From: Eledone cirrhosa
Lineage: Eukaryota
DNA length: 64,000 nt
Reading direction: 5' to 3'
Assembly (NCBI GenBank): GCA_964016885.1
Contig: OZ024740.1
Coordinates: forward strand, 69,316,001-69,380,000
Part shown: in pieces, positions 56,402-64,000 of the stretch
Layout of the letters: each line of letters opens with the position of its first letter
Position numbering within the stretch: the stretch's first letter is position 1
Notes under the pieces: generated by a model
The model's database searches: none
The model's input: the letters and a program-made list of their open reading frames with translations, nothing else
What the model was told of the DNA's origin: nothing
Made by a program: the position numbers and the translations under genes

Positions 56402-56582
56402 CCAGGATTACCCAAACACTTCGAATCGCGGAACACTTTTTGGTTCGGAAACCTTTGGAAGGCCCCAAAGTCTAATACTGTTATATAGTCGTAATATAAA
56501 TATACTCCTCTACCTTAACGGAACCCTAGACACTTGTTTGTGGAACACTTGGGTCCCGCGGAATCCACTTTCATAACCATTG
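56402..56582. mobile_element. hAT/Charlie-like MITE
   Basis: Ends CAGGATTACCCAAAC and CACTTTCATAACCATTG, with internal GCGGAAC/GGAACCC motifs typical of this group. Confidence 0.5.
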
Positions 56583-56804
56583 ATATACACTATACACAAT
56601 GCTTCAAGCAAACTAACACATTTTAGTCTGTACGTGTGTATGTGTGTATGCATGTATATATATAGATGCACGTATGGTATGTATATATATATATATATAT
56701 ATATACAAAGATCGCAATTAAGAGTATTCCGCAGTTCACTGTAATAATAATAATAGTATTAGCTCAAAGAAGAATAGAGAATTTTCTTCTGAGCTCAAAT
56801 GCAA

Positions 56805-57057
56805 ATATCTTACACAAAGAGAAGTGTGTTACACAGTGAGATGTGTGTAAAGAATTATTACATGTGAGTTTTACCGTTACTGTATAGAGAACAATATCTA
56901 CAGGTTTAGCAATTAAATAGAAAAAAAGTAAGTCAGAATCAAATGTCTGAATTAGAGTTTTAAATTACCAACCTTATAACTATAAGTTTGCTGATACGAA
57001 TCTCGCTTCGTTTCTCTTTACACACATCTCACTGTGTAACACACTTCTCTTTGTGTA

Positions 57058-57062
<5 letters not shown>
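56805..57062. repeat. Fold-back with ~47-bp perfect arms ending at (TA)n; the same arm occurs at 1-36
   Basis: TATCTTACACAAAGAGAAGTGTGTTACACAGTGAGATGTGTGTAAAG and its reverse complement. Confidence 0.85.
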
Positions 57063-57131
<69 letters not shown>

Positions 57132-57266
57132 CGAAGGAAATGTGGTAAGGAACCAGGTGGACCATAACGCACCAAAGTACTCAATACTTGAGGTAGTAGA
57201 GTGGGTAATAGGAACCAGTAAGACCCCGACAGCTGAGCTCAAGCCGTCGACTGTCACCTCATATCA

Positions 57267-57305
57267 TGAACCTGAAGATTGCGACAGCATGAAAGTACTT
57301 GTTCA
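57267..57305 (+). ncRNA. Minimal type I hammerhead ribozyme motif
   Basis: TGAAC-CTGAAGA-TTGC-GACA-GCAT-GAAA-GTAC-TT-GTTCA. Confidence 0.8.
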
Positions 57306-57475
57306 ATTAACACTTAGAATTTAATATTCTATCATACTATCTCATTATAATACCATTATATATATTTTAAAGGATTGTAAATAAAACGAGTAAATCAGAC
57401 AAAGTTGGAATTCCTCTTATTAATATAATCTTCTATACACAATCATATACACCCGTGTATATTTACCTATCTATA

Positions 57476-57508
<33 letters not shown>

Positions 57509-58381
57509 TTATATTTGGGGAAGGTGATTCTGCTATAATATTCCCAGAAATAATAATAAAACCCACTCACTGTTTAGTTTGGATTACCTTTCGCTTCTGA
57601 CATAACATATATATGTATATATGTTATGTCAGGTGGCTCTCGAGTGCTACTGGTAACATGTAACCCAGTAGAACCTGTCTGATGGTCGGGTCGTCGGTGA
57701 CTAAAGCAGCAACCCCATCAAGCTTGCTTGGTGAGGAGGGTGATGTTTGGACACCCTGCGGGATGAAATACAGGACCCGACAAAGGGCGGAGGAACTCAC
57801 CAGAGTCAATGGCCATCCAAATAGTACTTTTTGTTCACCTGGGAGTGAAAAGCCCCCGGTTGTTGTCACAACATCTTCCTAAGAGAGGTTACTCTGGAAA
57901 AATAAGAAACCTGCGGCGTCGGAAGCAGCCAATGGTGTTGACGGGTTCTCCTTCTCGGGTAGGGTTTTTGATGCTCAGAGATAGGGATTGGTCGAGTGCA
58001 AGGCCTTTTCCCATTTAAAAAACCTTCGAAGCACAGGCATTGCTTGTTTAGGATATGTTACAGGTTCTTGTGGCTGGCCGTAGCCTAAAAGTGCACCATT
58101 TTCTGTAATCTTATATATATGTCTGTATGTATGTATGTGAATGTGTATATGTATGTATGAATGTATGTATGAATGTATGTATGTATGAATGTATGTGTGA
58201 ATGTATGTATGTATGTATGTACAACTTGTACTACTATAGTGACAATTAATGAAGAGGCCTTTTTCTGTTTTGTTTCATTGTGGCTGCTCTGTCATATTTC
58301 TCTCCTTTTTAGCCGAACTTTTTTCTCGCAATCCCTCGCCCGCTTTGTCCCTCTCTCACCATCCACTCAATCTCCCTCTTT

Positions 58382-58415
<34 letters not shown>

Positions 58416-58814
58416 TATGTGATGTGTGTATATATACACATAGATATATATATGTGTGTGTGTGTGCGTGTGTGTGTATGTGCGTGTGTCTGTCTGTGCG
58501 TGAGCGTGTGTGTATAAATATATGCGTGCTCGCACGTTTAAATGTTGATTGTCGCTGAATGAAAAAAAAGAACACTCAATAAATGTTGTATGCTATATGG
58601 TTTATTTAAACTGATGTCCAAGATCGTGACTCGTGTTTCAATCAATCCAATCACTATGATGCTAATTGATATTAATCGATTTATCGATATCGCCGCAATT
58701 TTAAATGTTATAGGAGCTGGCATCCATATATATATATATATATATATTTACATATATGTATATATGTATATATATATATATTTACATATATGTATATATA
58801 TATATATATATATT

Positions 58815-58893
<79 letters not shown>

Positions 58894-59068
58894 GTTATAT
58901 AGTAAGGTGTATTATTGGTTGTGTCAAACAGTCCAATACATTTTTGTTAGCAATATTAAGTTCCCCACGCTTTCACGACACATGTTTCAATAAGAGATAG
59001 ATCGATCGTGTAGCCATGATCGATTATCACTGATCTTGTCATATCAAGGATTTGAAGACAATTCATTT

Positions 59069-59142
59069 TCACCTGACGAGATCAGTGATAATCGATCATG
59101 GCTACACGATCGATCTATCTCTTATTGAAACATGTGTCGTGA
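59069..59142 (+). ncRNA. Type I hammerhead motif with long stem II; inverted partial copy at 58973-59037
   Basis: TCAC-CTGACGA-(long imperfect hairpin with ATCGATC..GATCGAT)-GAAA-CATGTG-TC-GTGA. Confidence 0.75.
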
Positions 59143-59508
59143 TTAAAATGATTGGAAATTTATACCATGTCTTCGGATCTTTATTTTGATATATATATAG
59201 GTATATATATATATATATATATTTGATTTATTTACTGTACTTGTTTATTTCTGTATATGATTTTTTGCCTGTGTTTTTACGATTTTATTTCTTTCTATGA
59301 TTTTTTGTCCACGATTGCCTGTGTTTTTACGTTTATGATTTTTTTGTCTTTGATTTTCCTGTGTATACTCTCCCCTCCTTACGTTTTTCTGTTTCATTTT
59401 CCCTTCCCCGTCTCTGCCTATCCTTCGCACTCACTCCTTCGTTCAACACCACCCCGCTTCACACACCTGCTTTCTCATCCCTCCCCCTGCTTTCACCCAA
59501 CGCCCACC

Positions 59509-62292
59509 ATGGCCAGCCTGAGATCCTTTCTCTACCAACTACACACTAGCCTCAAACTTTTCCTCAACCCCTCCTCCCACCCTGCTATCTCCCCTCTGCA
59601 CTTCAACTCTCCTACCTTCTCTTCGCCAAAACCCGGCACCCCAGCCACATCCATTTCCTCAGCCACTGCCTCCGCCTCCACCTTATCCCCCTCGGCTTCC
59701 GTCTACACTTCCACACTTCCCCCCCCGCTTCCCCCTCCACCCAACGTATCCTCATGCCTCCTAATGCGCAACTCCATCTGCGCCTCCCGCTCCACCCTCC
59801 GCAAACTTGACCACGAACTGACCCCCACCCTCCTCCGCCTTAACTCCACCTGCTACCCCCTCCTCGCCCACGCCATCCTCCTATTCATCCAAAAGCTCAA
59901 CCACGACCTCTTCTCCTTCCTCACCTCCACCAAAGCCCGCAAGCTACACTCACTCCTCCCAACCAACCCCATACACCACCACCCGCCCATCCCTATGAGC
60001 CCCCCACACCCATCCCCACCATTCTCCACCCCTCCCTCGACCCACACCCCTACCCAATGTCCACCCTCCACCTCACCCCTCACCACACCTCCCTTCCCGC
60101 GTCACACACCCAAACCCCACCACTTGTTGTCACCATACCCCCTGACCTCCCCCTCTCCGCACCTGAGCGTTCACTCCTTAGTAGAGGCCTTCGCTTCATA
60201 CCCCACACTCCACACAGCGACGAGTTCCGCACCCGAACGGAAGTCGATCGATTCATGCGACGCACGAAGATACAGGCACATTTCGGCCGAACGCCATCGG
60301 CTCCGAACGCCCCAGACCCGTTTCTCGCCCTGGGTCGACGACCATCTTCTTGGAGGCCGGCCCCAGGGCAATTTAGCACCCTGGACGCGTTCGTCGATGC
60401 CAGCCGTAGCGCCGTAAATCGTTTCAATTTCCGCCACCGTTCCAAACGGAATAACATCACACGGGGCGAACTCCTCGTTCTCCGCTCCCTCCGTAGCCGA
60501 GATGACATCGTCATCAAACCGGCGGACAAGGGAGGTGCCGTGGTGGTGTGGCGCGCGGACCTCTACACGGCCGAAGCCCTCAGGCAGCTCCGTAACCCCC
60601 TCTTCTACCGCCCTCTACCCTCCGATCCCACACCCCTCTAACAACAACAAGTTTCATACACCATCCAACCTTGTCTCCTCCTCCCTCCTCCCCCCGCTTC
60701 CCACCTCATCGTCCGAATCCCCACACCCCCACCATCTACTGCCTCCCCAAACTCCACAAACCCGACAACCCCGGCCGCCCCATCGTCTTCGCGTGCAACT
60801 GCCCCAGCGAACTCATCTCCGCCTTTCTCGACTCCATACTCTCCCCCCTTGTCACCACCCTCCCCTCCCACATCTCTGACACCAACCACGCCATGCGCCT
60901 TTTCGACTCCTTCACCTACGCACCCGGCCCACAGCCCTTCCTCTTCACCCTAGACATCAAGTCCCTCTATACCGTCATCCCCCACACCGACGGCCTACGC
61001 GCCCTCCAACCCTTCCTCGACCTTCGCCCCTCCCCCATCCCCTCCACTCCCACCCTTTTTCGCCTCGCCCAGCTGGTCCTCACCCTCAACTGTTTCTTCT
61101 TCTCGGGTGAGTTTTACCAACAGGTCACGGGGGTAGCCATGGGTACAAGAATGGGCCCAAACTATGCCAACCTTTTTGTTGGCAATGTTGAGGCCCAAAT
61201 CTTTGCCCAGCACACCGGCCCCACGCCCGAACTGTACGGTCGTTACATCGACGACTGTATTGGAGCCACGACCCTCACCCGAGAACAGCTCGACTCCTTT
61301 CTCTCCTTCTTCTGCTCCTTCCACCCCTCCCTCCACTTTACCACCTCCATCTCCACCACCCACGTCCACTTCTTAGACATCTACGTGGCGTTCGACCCCT
61401 CCTACCACTCCCTCGTCACCTCCGCCTTCTTCAAACCCACCGACTCCCACTCCTACCTCGACTTCACCTCTTCCCACCCCACACACACTAAACACTCCAT
61501 TCCCTACTCCCAACTTCTCAGGATCCGCCGCCTCTGTAGCCGAGATGCTGACTTTGAGTCCTAGGCCCTTTCTCTAGTCAGCCATTTCATCCGCAGAGGT
61601 TACCCCCCTCTCTCGTCCACACCGCTCTCACCCGCGCCTGTGCTGTCCACCTCTCCACCACCCTCACCCCACGCCACCGCACACCCAACCACCGACTCCC
61701 CTTCCCCATCACCTACCACCCCTCCACCATACCCCTCCACCGCACCATCCTCCGCCTCTTCCGACGCCTCCAGTCCGACCCCTCCACCTCCCACATCTTC
61801 CCAGCCCCACCACTCCCCTCCTTCAAACGCGCACGCAATCTCCGCACCCTCCTCGTCCACAGCTCCCTACCACCCAACCCACGCTCTCTTCCCCCTCCCC
61901 CGATTCCTTTCCCTGTTCTAGGCCCCGCTGCAACACCTGTCCCCACATCACCAACACCACCACCTTCCATGGTCCCAACGGCCACTCTCTCTCTGTCCGG
62001 CATGCCTTCCGCTGCACCTCCTCCAACCTAGTCTACGGACTTACGTCGGACAGACTGGTCGTCGCCTGGCGGACAGATTTACTGAGCACCTCCGGGATAT
62101 TCGTCTCGGTGGTAGTTCCCCCATCGCCCGCCACTTTGGTGCCCCTGGACATTCCGCACACCACCTCACAGTCTGTGGCCTACTCCAATGCCAAGGAACA
62201 CCCGCCAATCTCCTAACGGTCGAAAAACGAACCATCTTCACCCTACAGACCCACACTCCTCCCGGCCGGAACTACCCGCCCTTATTCCTCTA
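59509..62292 (+). pseudogene. PLE polyprotein (N-terminal domain, RT, Cys linker, GIY-YIG) broken by frameshifts and stops
   Basis: ATG in CCCACCATGG context; HIHFLSHCLRLHLIPLGFRLHF, LLSRGLRFIP, KPADKGG, YCLPKLHKP..PGRPIV, GVAMGTRMGPNYANLF, YGRYIDD, FPCSRPRCNTCPHI, YVGQTGRRL.DRF.EH. Confidence 0.9.
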
Positions 62293-63484
62293 GGCTTCGA
62301 CCGCCCCCTCCCCCCACTCATATCCTCCACTAAAACCACTAACACCCCCCCTCTTTTTCACCGCCCACCCCACAACTAACAATACTAACACCTCCACCCC
62401 ACATCCGACCACCCTTCCCCAACTAACATACTAACATCCCTCCCTTCTTCCCCCCCCCGTATCACACGCACACACCCACCGGTACATATATACACGCGCT
62501 CACACTAAACACACACCCTACTACCACCACTAACCCTCACCCCCACACATCCACCCCACCACCACGCAACTAATATCACTAACACCCCCTGACCCCAAGC
62601 ACACGAACACACACACCCACTTACACCAGCCACTCTACACTCGACTAACATCACTAACACACCCCAACCCTACGCACACGAACACACACACCCTCTTACA
62701 CCACCCACTCTACACACCCTACCACCACTGATCCCCACTCACACCCGCATTCAACCCTTTCTCCACCTCCAGTATACTAACACCCACTAACACCCCCTTC
62801 ACCACACACACACACCAGTACACTACACTCCCTCCATCGTCCCCCACACCCTTCTCTCCCCGCTTCACCCACACCCTTTCTCAAACACTCACACATCTCA
62901 CTAACACCTCTACTAATACACACACACACCCTCCCTACTCCAACTTTCACACCTACCCATCCTCTCCCCTGTCCACCGCACATCCGCACACACTGACACA
63001 CCGACTTTCTTCACTTACCATTCTACCCTACCGCTGCTATGCCTCTCTGACCACCTCCCCGCACACACAGACACACAACCCTCCTCCTGCCTTAACCCTC
63101 TGACCACTTCCTGTTTGCGCGTGCACCCCTCTTCCGACGAATCTCGTCACGGATTACACATATGTGAACCTTGATCCCGAGAATCAACCGCATCCCAAGG
63201 ATTTTACTCAGCATTCCACCACATCCTTTTACGGAATTACCTTTACGACTCACCCCAGACATACAACCAAAAACATTTTTTCCCACACGCCACCTACATC
63301 CACAACACGCATAAACACCACACACACACGTGCGTACCACCACATATTTACACATTCAGCCTCCGGAATCGTCTCCCCCCCCCACCCCTCTATCCACACA
63401 CGCACACACACTCCGACCTACACCCCACCCCACACACACCTCTTCCTGAACATGCAACCCCATTCTTCCCACAACCCTTGCTTT

Positions 63485-63515
<31 letters not shown>

Positions 63516-63521
63516 GTACAC

Positions 63522-63557
<36 letters not shown>

Positions 63558-63816
63558 ACACCTACATACACACACCACCTTCAGCCCTCCCCGCTCGGAC
63601 ACTCCGCCTCCCTCTCCCCACTCCACCCGCCATCACCCTACACGCCCCACACCCTTCCACCACCTGTTTTACCCCATTTTAATTTTATTTTCATCATGCC
63701 TTTATTTTTAATTTCATTTTTAATTTCATTTGCACCGTTTCCTCTCACCCCCTTTTTGCTATATGCCTCTCCACCACTCCCCTACACACCCTTTGAACTC
63801 TCTTCCCACACACCTT

Positions 63817-63851
63817 TCACCTGAAGAAGGGCTTATGCCCGAAACGTCGTT
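63817..63851 (+). ncRNA. Minimal PLE-type hammerhead core
   Basis: CTGAAGA-AGGGC-TTAT-GCCC-GAAA-CG-TC; stem I is weak. Confidence 0.65.
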
Positions 63852-63938
63852 CCCCACCACCACCCCACTCTCAAGAGCGTGAAATTAATAAACCTTTGTT
63901 CGTACTGCCTCTCTGTTTTGTTCCCGTTCAATTTTTCA

Positions 63939-63985
<47 letters not shown>

Positions 63986-64000
63986 AATTAAAATACTAGA

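Larger units (their letters stand above)
59223..63943 (+). mobile_element. Neptune-like Penelope-like retroelement, near full length, flanked on both sides by (TA)n
   Basis: Coding region 59509 to ~62292, then a long C/A-rich 3' region, a hammerhead core, AATAAA at ~63887 and (TA)n. Confidence 0.9.

Noticed and set aside
59257-60417. 386-aa Pro/Ser-rich ORF with a hydrophobic N-terminus
   Set aside because: It is mostly an off-frame reading of the C-rich PLE. The conserved PLE motifs switch between frames and the start is non-ATG in a T-rich leader.

Overview
Eukaryotic, AT-rich and saturated with microsatellites: (TA)n dominates, with (CA)n, (CT)n, (GATA)n and (TAG)n also present. The repeat make-up suggests a cephalopod such as Octopus (inference only). 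I cannot support any intact host protein-coding gene. Most entries in the ORF track are microsatellite translations or reading frames of decayed transposons. The window holds at least three lineages of Penelope-like retroelements (PLEs, RT plus GIY-YIG): a Naiad-like element folded back into a 1.8-kb-arm inverted repeat (7745-12590), a second lineage with an inverted terminal repeat (16257-18570), and two oppositely oriented C-rich Neptune-like copies (49086-52712 and 59223-63943). It also holds CR1-group, R4/Dong-like and RNase H/Tx1-like LINE relics, tRNA-derived SINEs, a mariner relic, MITEs and a non-autonomous Helitron. The main hidden structure is a dense set of about 20 type I hammerhead-ribozyme motifs from many unrelated sequence families. 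Most lie in short non-coding modules, many of them fold-backs, embedded in (TA)n tracts. Several carry the compensatory U3-A8 core variant or a U4C variant. Both Neptune-like copies share the same frameshifting deletion in the GIY-YIG core. All motifs were read by eye and coordinates are approximate to a few bases.
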